Origin: a virus
Length of the DNA: 64,000 nucleotides
Virus record (IMG/VR): IMGVR_UViG_3300049049_000114
Strand: one strand, 5' to 3'
Each line of letters opens with the position of its first letter. Within the stretch, counting starts at the first letter, position 1. The position numbers and the translations under genes are program-made. Below are positions 28,346 through 36,298 of this stretch, piece after piece. The notes beneath the pieces were generated by a model, which was given only the letters and a program-made list of their open reading frames with translations, ran no database searches and was not told the DNA's origin.

Positions 28346-28819
28346 ATGTTTCGCAACTCCCGCCTTGCCAGCACGATCCTGCTGGCCATGGGTTTCGCCG
28401 GCGCCGCAGTCAGCAGCGCCATCGACACGGCAAAGAACGCGATCGCCAACGCGCCTACCAGGCGCTCCACCGCTCAGACCGGGGGCAGCGGCTGGCGCGG
28501 CACCAGGCGCGGCCCGGGCTGGAGCAACCGCCACGTGCACCGCATGGCCCGCAAGCGCAAGAACCAGGCACGCCACAAGGCGCACTGCCGGCGCCAGCGA
28601 GGGTTCATCACCCTGGAGATCATGGTGTGGATGGCGGCCGCTATCGCCGTCTGGTCCATCGCGCTCGGCCTGGTCATGGAGAGCCGGCGTGTCACGTCGA
28701 GCAACCACCGCGAGACCGTGCGCTGCGTGGACGGTTCCCTTTCCAAGGTCACCAACAGCGGCATGGCGACGCCGGTGCTGGATCGAACCGGCAAGACGAT
28801 CGCCTGCCCCCTCACCTGA
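28346..28819 (+). CDS. Type IV prepilin-like protein with long basic leader
   Basis: RRQRG|FITLEIMVWMAAAIAVWSIALGLV (G|F at 28603/28604, Glu at +5, ~20 hydrophobic residues); C-terminal CVDG...GKTIAC Cys pair. Confidence 0.7.
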   Translation: MFRNSRLASTILLAMGFAGAAVSSAIDTAKNAIANAPTRRSTAQTGGSGWRGTRRGPGWSNRHVHRMARKRKNQARHKAHCRRQRGFITLEIMVWMAAAIAVWSIALGLVMESRRVTSSNHRETVRCVDGSLSKVTNSGMATPVLDRTGKTIACPLT

Positions 28820-28826
28820 GTTCAAC

Positions 28827-28942
28827 CGGGGCGGCACGCCGCAGGGATTGCACCGCCGGGGCTCTGTTAGCAAACCTCAGCCCCTCAGTGGACCACGGTA
28901 CCGCGGAACCACCCAGCGCCGGCCGAAAGGCAAGCCGCCCCG
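28827..28942 (+). ncRNA. Candidate structured RNA 1 (multi-stem, closed by a 9-bp stem)
   Basis: CGGGGCGGC (28827-35) pairs with GCCGCCCCG (28934-42). Internal GGGGCT/AGCCCC stem, GTGG/CCAC stem and GCC-GAAA-GGC tetraloop. Confidence 0.4.
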
Positions 28943-28974
28943 ACCCTTCACCAACCGCTCCAAAGGAGATCCCA

Positions 28975-29340
28975 TTGACCGCTCCACAACACCCGCTTGA
29001 CCCGATCGCCCGCGTCTGCCACGAGGTGAACAAGGCGCTGTGCGAAGCCTTCGGCGATCACTCGCAGAAGCCTTGGGCCGAGGCCCCGGAATGGCAGCGC
29101 GAGAGCGCCCGCATGGGCGTGGACCTGCACCTCATGGGCGACTTCGGCCCCGAGGCCACCCACGTCTCGTGGATGCGCAACAAGCTCAAGGCCGGCTGGG
29201 TCTATGGCCCGGAGAAGGACGCCGACCTGAAGACGCACCCCTGCCTCGTGCCATTCAGCCAACTGGCACCCGAGCAGCAGGCGAAGGACTTCGTCTTCCG
29301 CACCGTCGTCCACGAACTGCGCCACCTGGCGCCGACCTGA
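28975..29340 (+). CDS. RyR (ryanodine receptor repeat) domain protein
   Basis: TTG start after AAGGAG; ATHVSWMRNKLKAGWVYGPEKDADLKTHPCLVPFSQLAPEQQAKD. Confidence 0.85.
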   Translation: MTAPQHPLDPIARVCHEVNKALCEAFGDHSQKPWAEAPEWQRESARMGVDLHLMGDFGPEATHVSWMRNKLKAGWVYGPEKDADLKTHPCLVPFSQLAPEQQAKDFVFRTVVHELRHLAPT

Positions 29341-29345
29341 TCAAC

Positions 29346-29449
29346 GGGCCGGCCCCGGCAGTCGCTTTCGCGCTGGGCGGCGTTCATTCATGTCCCGTCG
29401 TCAGCCCCTTCACATCCCAGCGGCTCGCGTTTCCCGGCACGGCCGGCCC
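29346..29449 (+). ncRNA. Candidate structured RNA 2 (long rod-like hairpin)
   Basis: GGGCCGGCC (29346-54)/GGCCGGCCC (29441-49), CCGG/CCGG, CGCTGGG (29371-77)/CCCAGCG (29416-22). Confidence 0.4.
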
Positions 29450-29483
29450 ACCCTTTCAGCCACCACCAACGGAGAACGGCAAC

Positions 29484-29825
29484 ATGCCAAAGCCCATCAC
29501 CGAAACCCTGCGCCTGCTGGACGGCGGCGTGTTCCTTGAGGACTGCGCCGACAAGCTGGCTGAATCGGTCAAGGCCGTCGAAGAGACTGGCAAGGCCGGC
29601 AAGGTGACGATCGTCATCGACCTCAAGAAGACCGGCGGCGCGATCGCCGTCACCGGCAAGGTGACCAACAAGGCCCCCGAGGCCGCGCCCGACTCCACGC
29701 TGCTGTGGGCGACCGTCGAGGGCAACCTGGTGCCGGACAACCCCGCCCAGCGAAAGCTGGAGTTCCGCGAGGTCGTCAAGAAGACCGAGATGCGCGACCT
29801 GCCGGATAAGGCCGCCTCGATCTAA
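29484..29825 (+). CDS. Conserved phage protein usually paired with DUF2303
   Basis: LRLLDGGVFL...VKAVEETGKAGKVTIVIDLK...EGNLVPDNPAQRKLEF. Confidence 0.7.
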   Translation: MPKPITETLRLLDGGVFLEDCADKLAESVKAVEETGKAGKVTIVIDLKKTGGAIAVTGKVTNKAPEAAPDSTLLWATVEGNLVPDNPAQRKLEFREVVKKTEMRDLPDKAASI

Positions 29826-29867
29826 ACCCCTCACCCATCACGCAAGCACCACCACCCCGGAGAACTC

Positions 29868-30746
29868 ATGCAAGAACGAAACATCGCCGACGCGCTGGCT
29901 GAGCATCTGCCCAAGCCCGCAACCATCATCACCAATGAGGACATCGAAGGGGGCGGCCAGGTCGATTACGTGGCCCTCCCAAAGGGCTTCGAACTCAAGA
30001 AGGTCGACAACGAGGACCTGCTGGAGCACCCGCGCCGAGCGAAGACCACCGCCACGCTGTCGGACCCGGCTTCGTTCCTGGCCTACGTGCGCCAGCACGC
30101 CACCTTGGCTACCAAGGTCTGGTGCGACTTCGACCCGCAGACCTTCCGGCTGGCCTTCACGGCTGTCATCGACGACCACCACCAGCAGACCGCTGGCTGG
30201 CGCGGCCACACGGCGGTCTACCGGCCCGACATGAGCGCTGAGTGGAAGGTCTGGACCGGCCAGGACGAGAAGCCGCTGAGCCAACTGGAGTTCGCTGCCT
30301 TCCTCGAGCGCAACTCGGACGACATCAACACCGGTGAAGGCGGTGACACGAGGTTTCCCAGCTCGCTCGACATGCTCAAGATGGCCACCGAGTTCGAGGC
30401 CAACAGCGACAAGAGCATCAAGTCCGTGGTTCGCCTGCAGAGCGGCGGCTACCGCTTCGACTGTGTGGACGACGAGGATGCAGCGACGCGCTCTCAGATG
30501 CAGGTCTTCGAGCGCTTCATGATCGGCATCCCGGTGTTCTTCGCCGGCGTGGGCTATCGGATCCAGGCCCGGCTGAAGTACCGCAACTCCGGCGGCAAGC
30601 TGGCCTTCTGGTACGAGCTCATCCGCCCGGACTCGATGCACGAGCACGCCGCGCGCGAGCTGATCCAGTCGATCGGCGCCGGTCTGGCCCTGGTCAACGA
30701 GAGCGTTGTGTCGTCCGTCCCGCTGCTGATGGGGTCGTGCAAATGA
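29868..30746 (+). CDS. DUF2303 (YfdQ-like) protein
   Basis: SFLAYV, AVIDDH, EWKVWTG...SQLEFAAFLE, IPVF...ARLKYR...LAFWYEL. Confidence 0.85.
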   Translation: MQERNIADALAEHLPKPATIITNEDIEGGGQVDYVALPKGFELKKVDNEDLLEHPRRAKTTATLSDPASFLAYVRQHATLATKVWCDFDPQTFRLAFTAVIDDHHQQTAGWRGHTAVYRPDMSAEWKVWTGQDEKPLSQLEFAAFLERNSDDINTGEGGDTRFPSSLDMLKMATEFEANSDKSIKSVVRLQSGGYRFDCVDDEDAATRSQMQVFERFMIGIPVFFAGVGYRIQARLKYRNSGGKLAFWYELIRPDSMHEHAARELIQSIGAGLALVNESVVSSVPLLMGSCK

Positions 30747-30988
30747 CCATCACCATGCAGTCGGTGCAGAGCAGCCAGATCAAGGCGATCGGCTACGACG
30801 CGCCGAGCGAGACGCTGCGGGTGCAGTTCAACTCCGGCGCGGTCTATGACTACGCCGGGGTGCCCGCTGGCGCCCACACCGCCCTGGCGGCCGCCAGCAG
30901 CATCGGGGCTCACTTCGGCAAGAACATCCGCACGCTCTACCAGGGCGTGCTGGTGACCTCGCCGGACGAGAACTACGAAAGCTCCTGA
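30743..30988 (+). CDS. KTSC domain protein
   Basis: VQSSQIKAIGYD...LRVQFNSGAVYDYAGVP...AASSIGAHF. Confidence 0.88.
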   Translation: MTITMQSVQSSQIKAIGYDAPSETLRVQFNSGAVYDYAGVPAGAHTALAAASSIGAHFGKNIRTLYQGVLVTSPDENYESS

Positions 30989-30990
30989 CC

Positions 30991-31741
30991 ATGAGCGGCC
31001 CGCAGATCCTTCAGCAGCCGCTCACCAGCGTGGACGTCTACAAGGCGATCATGCGGCAGCAGGCGCCGGCGCAAGAGGTCGCGCCGGCGCCGTGCGAGCC
31101 GGACCGCTGCAGCCCCCAGTGCATGACGGCGCGGGTCTGCCTGCGCCGGCACTTCCAGGCCTGCATCCAGCACCTGGTCGGCGCAGCGGCCCAGGCCGGC
31201 CTCGTCGTCACGGTCGCGGACTCGGCCGTGTCGGTGCGGCCGAAGGGGGTCGCATGAAAGGCGTCGTCTTCAGTCTGCGGTCGGTCCAGAAGCGGCGCGC
31301 GGTCGGCAAGAGGGCCCGACGGCAGGCCTTCTACGCCCGCCGGCGCGAGGACCGGTGGATCAACGGGCTGCTGCGCGCGATCGTTTCGCCGATGGTGCTC
31401 TGCAGCGACCACTACCTCGATTCCCTGATCTATTGGGACGCGTGGGTGGAAAGCATCGACGGCGGGCGCGACTACCGCTGGGTAGTGCCGTTCGACGTGC
31501 TGCTGCAGGCCAACTGATGGACGAGGCCCTGGAGCGCACCCGGCGCGAGCTCCGCGAACTGCGCGAGCTCGCGCGCAAGGTCCTGGCCGAGCTCGAAGAC
31601 GACCCGCCGCACGGCCCTGGCCACGCGCATGACCAGCCTGGCATCTGGGACGCCGACAACGAGCCTGGCGTGGCTGGCCAGCCCTGCGCCTGGTGCGCCA
31701 CCTGGGCCCGCTTCAAGGCGCTGGCACAAAGGAGAGACTGA
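30991..31741 (+). CDS. Three hypothetical genes (30991-31257, 31254-31517, 31517-31741)
   Basis: Coupled ORFs. Confidence 0.55.
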
Positions 31742-31743
31742 CC

Positions 31744-32157
31744 ATGCTCGCCCTCAGCATTCGCCAGCCCTGGGCCTGGCTCATCGTCAATGGCTGGAAG
31801 GACATCGAGAACCGAACGTGGGCGACGAAGGTCCGCGGGAGGGTCCTGGTGCACGCCGGCAAGGGCATGTCGCCGCGCGAGTACGACGACGCCTACGACT
31901 TCGCCACCGGCCCCGGTCGGCTGGACCTGGAACTCCTGCCGCCGTACGACGAACTGGCCGCGCTGCGTGGCGGCATCGTGGGCTCGGTCGATATCGTCGA
32001 CTGCGTGCAGCAGAGCGATTCGCCATGGTTCGTCGGCGACTACGGGTTCGTGCTGCGCGACGCCCAGGTCTGGCCATTCATGCCGCGCACTGGGCGGCTC
32101 GGGTTCTTTGACCTGGACGCCCGACCGGCGGCGGTCCTGCCTGCAAGGAGAGGCTGA
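31744..32157 (+). CDS. ASCH domain protein
   Basis: ALSIRQPWAWLIVNGWKDIENRTW...VLVHAGK...GGIVG. Confidence 0.9.
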   Translation: MLALSIRQPWAWLIVNGWKDIENRTWATKVRGRVLVHAGKGMSPREYDDAYDFATGPGRLDLELLPPYDELAALRGGIVGSVDIVDCVQQSDSPWFVGDYGFVLRDAQVWPFMPRTGRLGFFDLDARPAAVLPARRG

Positions 32158-32363
32158 TGCCCTGGCAACCCATCGACACCGCCCCCAAGGACGGCACCGA
32201 GTTCCTGGTGTTCAAGGAAAGCATCGGCGTCGTCGGCCCGGTCAAGTACCTGGAGCAGGACCACGCGGACCATCAAGGCGACTTCCCCCACGTCTCGTGG
32301 GATCACCAACCCCTGGAGGACGCGACGCACTGGCACGAACTGCCGCCGGCGCCGGATTCCTGA
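32157..32363 (+). CDS. DUF551-like protein
   Basis: WQPIDTAPKDGT...ATHWHELPPAP. Confidence 0.75.
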   Translation: MPWQPIDTAPKDGTEFLVFKESIGVVGPVKYLEQDHADHQGDFPHVSWDHQPLEDATHWHELPPAPDS

Positions 32364-32521
32364 TGCTGCTCAAGCGAGTCCCCAAGCCACCGCCCAGGCC
32401 GGTGTACGCGCCGCCGCCGGCGCCGCCTCCGCGACCCACCTACCCCGACAACTACGACGACTGCATGCACGAGCGCCTGCGCCACGAGCGCGAGCGCCCA
32501 CGCTGAACCGAAAGGACTTCT

Positions 32522-32896
32522 GTGAACGCTGAACAGATCCGCGCCATCCTGGCCGACGTGAGTTTCCCGGGCTACACCTTCGAGGTGGGCGGGCGGGAGC
32601 GTACCTACATCCGCGCCCTCTTCGAGGACCGCTGCACCGCCACCGGGCAGCCGTACTCGCACACGACGCGCAAGTGGTACGTGAGCCAGCACGCGGTCAA
32701 AAACGAGATCGTCCAGACCGCCCTCAAGTGCGTGCTGACCAGCCTCGAGCACGAGGCGCGCGAACGGTTCAAGTACCGCGGCAAGGCGATCTTCGGCCCA
32801 CACTTCGACGTGGACGCGCTGCACCGCATCTGCAGCGACAAGGAACTCGACTACCGCGGCAAAGAGCCCGCGCGAGAACCGCTGCATACCGTCTGA
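32522..32896 (+). CDS. Conserved hypothetical phage protein
   Basis: RKWYVS...EIVQTALKCVLTSLEHEARERFKYRG...IFGPH. Confidence 0.7.
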   Translation: MNAEQIRAILADVSFPGYTFEVGGRERTYIRALFEDRCTATGQPYSHTTRKWYVSQHAVKNEIVQTALKCVLTSLEHEARERFKYRGKAIFGPHFDVDALHRICSDKELDYRGKEPAREPLHTV

Positions 32897-32922
32897 TACC
32901 ACCGAACACCGCGTTAAGACTC

Positions 32923-32952
32923 TTTACCGCCGGTCACATAACCCGGCATAAT
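32923..32952 (+). promoter_or_regulatory. Putative late promoter (pR'-like)
   Basis: TTTACC/TTACCG, 17-18 nt spacer, CATAAT in an AT-richer gap. A terminator follows ~85 nt later, before the lysis genes. Confidence 0.5.
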
Positions 32953-33036
32953 CGTGGCTGCCATAGCGGCCGGACAGACGAACCCGGCCATCAAAACAAA
33001 GGCGCCTCTTCTTGAATGGAGAGGTGTCTGAAAACG

Positions 33037-33059
33037 AAGCCCGCCACTGAGCGGGCTTT
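33037..33059 (+). terminator. Intrinsic terminator (tR'-like) before the holin
   Basis: AAGCCCGC-cactga-GCGGGCTTT. Confidence 0.65.
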
Positions 33060-33079
33060 GCGCTTTCTGGAGCCTGCCG

Positions 33080-33295
33080 ATGGATTTCCCCCCCACCGAC
33101 CCGAAAGCGCAAGCCGGTAGTGCCGCAGCAGCCTGGGGAGGCGCCGGCATCGCCTGGGTTCTGGAACGACTCGGCATCCACGCATGGTCAGACGTCGCCG
33201 CCATCGTGGCCACGGTCTACACGCTGATGCTGATCGCCGACTGGTGCTGGAAGAAATGGAAGGGCCGCTATGCGACTGATCCCGGAAATCCGTGA
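33080..33295 (+). CDS. Putative holin
   Basis: Two hydrophobic segments and a basic C-terminus; first gene of the lysis cassette. Confidence 0.65.
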   Translation: MDFPPTDPKAQAGSAAAAWGGAGIAWVLERLGIHAWSDVAAIVATVYTLMLIADWCWKKWKGRYATDPGNP

Positions 33296-33488
33296 AGCCT
33301 GGCGCTACTCGTCGGTCCGCTGGGGCATCGTGATGTCCGCCGTGGGCGGCTACTGGTCGAGCCTGGACAAGGCCGAGCAGGTCGACATGCTCAGCGCCCT
33401 GCACCTGGCCCCCGGCAACATCCCGCTGGTGATGGGCTTGGTCGGCGTGCTGCTGCGCATCACCACCTTCCGCAAGGACGGGCAATGA
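33270..33488 (+). CDS. Second holin/antiholin-like membrane protein
   Basis: LIPEIREAWRYSSV... with two hydrophobic segments; directly precedes the endolysin. Confidence 0.6.
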   Translation: MRLIPEIREAWRYSSVRWGIVMSAVGGYWSSLDKAEQVDMLSALHLAPGNIPLVMGLVGVLLRITTFRKDGQ

Positions 33489-33898
33489 TCAACAGCCGCA
33501 ACCTGGACGACCTCCGGCCCGAGGCCAAGGCCCTCGCGGAGAAGTTCAAGCGCCAGTGCGCCGCCGAGGGGATCGACATCCTCTTCACGAGCACGAGGCG
33601 CGACAACGAGTGCCAGGCCATGCTGTACGCCCAGGGCCGAAGCACTCCGGGCAATCGCGTGACGAATGCCAAGCCTGGCGAGAGCTTCCACAACTACGGG
33701 GTCGCCTTCGACTTCGTCCCGCTGGTCGGTGGGAAGCCGCAATGGGAAGACTTGAAGCTGCTCAACCGCTGCGGGGTGATCGCCGAGGCCTGCGGCCTGG
33801 AGTGGGCCGGTCGGTGGCAGTCGTTCCGCGAGCTGCTGCACTGCCAGCTTCCCGGGCTGACCATCGCCGAGCTCAAGGCGGGCAAGGTCCCCGAGTGA
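33485..33898 (+). CDS. Endolysin, M15 family L-Ala-D-Glu peptidase
   Basis: RDNECQAMLYAQGR...VTNAKPGESFHNYGVAFD...WAGRW..FRELLHCQL (H, D, H Zn ligands). Confidence 0.92.
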   Translation: MINSRNLDDLRPEAKALAEKFKRQCAAEGIDILFTSTRRDNECQAMLYAQGRSTPGNRVTNAKPGESFHNYGVAFDFVPLVGGKPQWEDLKLLNRCGVIAEACGLEWAGRWQSFRELLHCQLPGLTIAELKAGKVPE

Positions 33899-33899
33899 C

Positions 33900-34292
33900 G
33901 TGGACACCACTCCTGTCGCGTGGCTGGTCGTCCCGGCCCGCGGCCAGCCTGCCGCCTTCGTCGACCACGGCAAGGCCACTGACTACGCCGCGCGCTGCCA
34001 CGGGATCGTGGTGCCGCTAGGCCCCCTGGCCGAAATGCCGCCCATCAACCCTGGCCCTGTGGGCCGATAGGGAGCCACGATGCACATGACCCTGAGGAAG
34101 CCAGCCGACGCGGTGCGCACGATGCTGGAGGGCTTGGCCGAGGAAGAGAAGTTCGCGCAAGAAGCGCTCGCCCAGGCGCAGGGGGCCGCCAGCTTTGCCG
34201 CGGAAGAGGTCAGCAAGAGCCTGGCCCGCCTCGATGCGGTCCGCGCCGCCATCATCGAGTGGCGTTCCTTCCAACGGCAGCACTGCGAGTAA
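33900..34292 (+). CDS. Two small hypothetical ORFs (33900-34070, 34080-34292)
   Basis: Lie between endolysin and spanin; an RBS precedes 34080. Confidence 0.45.
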
Positions 34293-34295
34293 GAC

Positions 34296-34742
34296 GTGCT
34301 GCTGAGCCTCATCCCCACCTGGGTCAAGGCCGCGGCCGCCGGCATCGGCGCAACCCTGCTGGTTGCCGCTGGGTTCTTCGCAGGAACCCACTGGGTTTCC
34401 GCGCAGTGGGACCGCGACAAGGCGCAGCGCGCCGAGGCCCTGGCCACGAAGACCACCCAGGCGATGGAAGACAGCCGGCGCATGGCCGTGGCGCAGCGAG
34501 CGAAGGACAACGCCTATGAACTCCAGATCCGCCGCACCGGTGCTCGCCTTGCTGATGCTCTCGAGCGGCTGCGCGACCGTCCCGAACGTCTGCCCGAGCC
34601 TGCCCGAGCCGCCTGCGCCGGCGCAACTGGGGCCCAGCTTTCAGGACGAGATGCGGCTTTTCTTGAGCGGCTCGCTGCCCGAGCCAACGACCTCCGAGCC
34701 GCCCTTGCCCGTTGTCAGGGAACGCCCGTCCCCGCGGACTGA
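34296..34742 (+). CDS. Rz: i-spanin
   Basis: N-terminal TM followed by a coiled coil, with a C-terminal C.GATGAQL...C. Confidence 0.8.
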   Translation: MLLSLIPTWVKAAAAGIGATLLVAAGFFAGTHWVSAQWDRDKAQRAEALATKTTQAMEDSRRMAVAQRAKDNAYELQIRRTGARLADALERLRDRPERLPEPARAACAGATGAQLSGRDAAFLERLAARANDLRAALARCQGTPVPAD

Positions 34743-34749
34743 CAGGTGA
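34516..34749 (+). CDS. Rz1: o-spanin lipoprotein overlapping Rz in another frame
   Basis: MNSRSAAPVLALLMLSSGC lipobox followed by a Pro-rich mature part. Confidence 0.8.
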   Translation: MNSRSAAPVLALLMLSSGCATVPNVCPSLPEPPAPAQLGPSFQDEMRLFLSGSLPEPTTSEPPLPVVRERPSPRTDR

Positions 34750-34752
34750 CCC

Positions 34753-35046
34753 ATGACCACCCTCCTCGTCGTCTTCGCTGGCCTGGCGCTGCTCGTCTCG
34801 GGCTGCGTCATCGCCCTGGCCATCTACACCCGGCCGTCGTGGGAGGACAAGCGGTGCCATCGCTGCCTGCACTACTGGGTCGGAGTCAACCCCGATACCA
34901 ACCTCATTGACCGCCAGGTGTGCCGTGCGCGCCCCCCGGGGCCGGGGGAAGACTGCCAGAGCCAGCGCATGCCTGCCCCGCAGTGGGTCCCCATCGCCTT
35001 CACCGGCCGCTGCGGGCCGCGCGGCCGCTTCTTCGTCCCGAGGTAA
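34753..35046 (+). CDS. Membrane-anchored Cys-rich hypothetical protein
   Basis: N-terminal TM; CxxC and three further Cys. Confidence 0.55.
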   Translation: MTTLLVVFAGLALLVSGCVIALAIYTRPSWEDKRCHRCLHYWVGVNPDTNLIDRQVCRARPPGPGEDCQSQRMPAPQWVPIAFTGRCGPRGRFFVPR

Positions 35047-35050
35047 CCCC

Positions 35051-35296
35051 ATGGAACAAGACAAGGTCTTCCACCTCGCCGCCGGCGCCCTCGTGGCGCT
35101 TGCCGCCTGGGCCCTGATCGCCCTCGCCCCGCAGATCGGAATCCAGCCCACGATGGCCATTGCTGCGGCTGCCGTCGGCGTGGCCTACGAGGTCCTGCAG
35201 CGCATCCGCGGCGACGGCGTGCCCGACCCGGCCGACGCCCTGGCCACCACGGCCGGAGGCGGCGCCGTGGCTCTGCTGGTGTGGTGGCTCGCATGA
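35051..35296 (+). CDS. VanZ-like small membrane protein
   Basis: DKVFH...YEVLQ...DPADALATTAGG pattern. Confidence 0.55.
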   Translation: MEQDKVFHLAAGALVALAAWALIALAPQIGIQPTMAIAAAAVGVAYEVLQRIRGDGVPDPADALATTAGGGAVALLVWWLA

Positions 35297-35661
35297 GCGG
35301 AGAGAAGTTCGCGCCTGAGGCGACGTTCGCCAAGATCACCTACACGGGAGCCGGGCCGAGGTTCCTGAAGACGCAGCAGCCCGAGATCCGGCCCGCCTCG
35401 CAGCACTGCGGCAATGCCACCGACGCTGTCATCCATCACCCGAAGCTCGGCCAGGTCGACACCGGCGGCGATCGCTTCGGCGCCATCCTGAAGGCATCAG
35501 GCCGGCTTCACGCCCTGCAGTCTGGTGAGCGCTTCGCCGCCAGCATGCGTCTGCGTGCCATGGGCCGCGCGCCCGTCCTCCGGCTGGACGACCCCGAGGC
35601 CAAGGAGACTGAGCGCCGCCGCCTGGAACGCGAGTTCGACCGCCTGTTCGGGATCGAGTGA
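35293..35661 (+). CDS. Hypothetical protein
   Basis: Coupled ORF upstream of the metallopeptidase. Confidence 0.55.
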   Translation: MSGEKFAPEATFAKITYTGAGPRFLKTQQPEIRPASQHCGNATDAVIHHPKLGQVDTGGDRFGAILKASGRLHALQSGERFAASMRLRAMGRAPVLRLDDPEAKETERRRLEREFDRLFGIE

Positions 35662-36278
35662 TGACCCGCCCGCAGCGCAAGCGCCCCTACCCGCCGGAGA
35701 ACCTGGACGCCTTCCTGCCGGCACCCGAGGTGATGGAGTGGATCGAGCGCGAGATCCTGGCCGAGACCGGCGCCCTCTTCAACCCGGACCATCGGCACCT
35801 GCGCGACGCCGACCTCGCTGTCCTGTGGGCGCCAGATGGCTACGCCACCAAGGGCCGCCAAGTGGCCGGCACCGCTGAAATGGTCGCCTTCCGCTGCAGC
35901 AAGTGGCAGAAGTGGCGCCAGGAGCAGCAACTGGCCGAGTGGTTCGAGACCGTCCCCGAGTTCCTGATCACCCTGGACGCTCGCTACAGCTCGCAGGCCG
36001 ACGACACCGCCTTCTGCGCACTGGTGGAACACGAGCTCTATCACATCGCCCACGCGCTGGACTTCCTGGGCATGCCCAAGTTCGCGAAGGACGGCACCGC
36101 CGCGCTGGAGATCCGCGGACACGACGTGGAAGAGTTCGTCGGCGTGGTGCGGCGTTACGGCACGGGGCACCCCGAGGGGTCGCTGACCAAGCTGGTGGCG
36201 GCCGCCAAGAAGGGGCCAGAAGTGGCCCAGGCGCGCATTGCGGGTGCTTGTGGCACTTGCCTGCTGCGCGTTGCATAG
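35658..36278 (+). CDS. Putative phage metallopeptidase
   Basis: ALVEHELYHI...HDVEEFVGVVRRYG. Confidence 0.8.
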   Translation: MMTRPQRKRPYPPENLDAFLPAPEVMEWIEREILAETGALFNPDHRHLRDADLAVLWAPDGYATKGRQVAGTAEMVAFRCSKWQKWRQEQQLAEWFETVPEFLITLDARYSSQADDTAFCALVEHELYHIAHALDFLGMPKFAKDGTAALEIRGHDVEEFVGVVRRYGTGHPEGSLTKLVAAAKKGPEVAQARIAGACGTCLLRVA

Positions 36279-36298
36279 GCGTTTTCCGAGGTTTTCGA

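Noticed and set aside
14100-32960. Switchable invertible segment driven by the integrase
   Set aside because: No inverted repeats found at either putative breakpoint, and the left junction is a coupled gene overlap. Kept only as a fixed-rearrangement finding.
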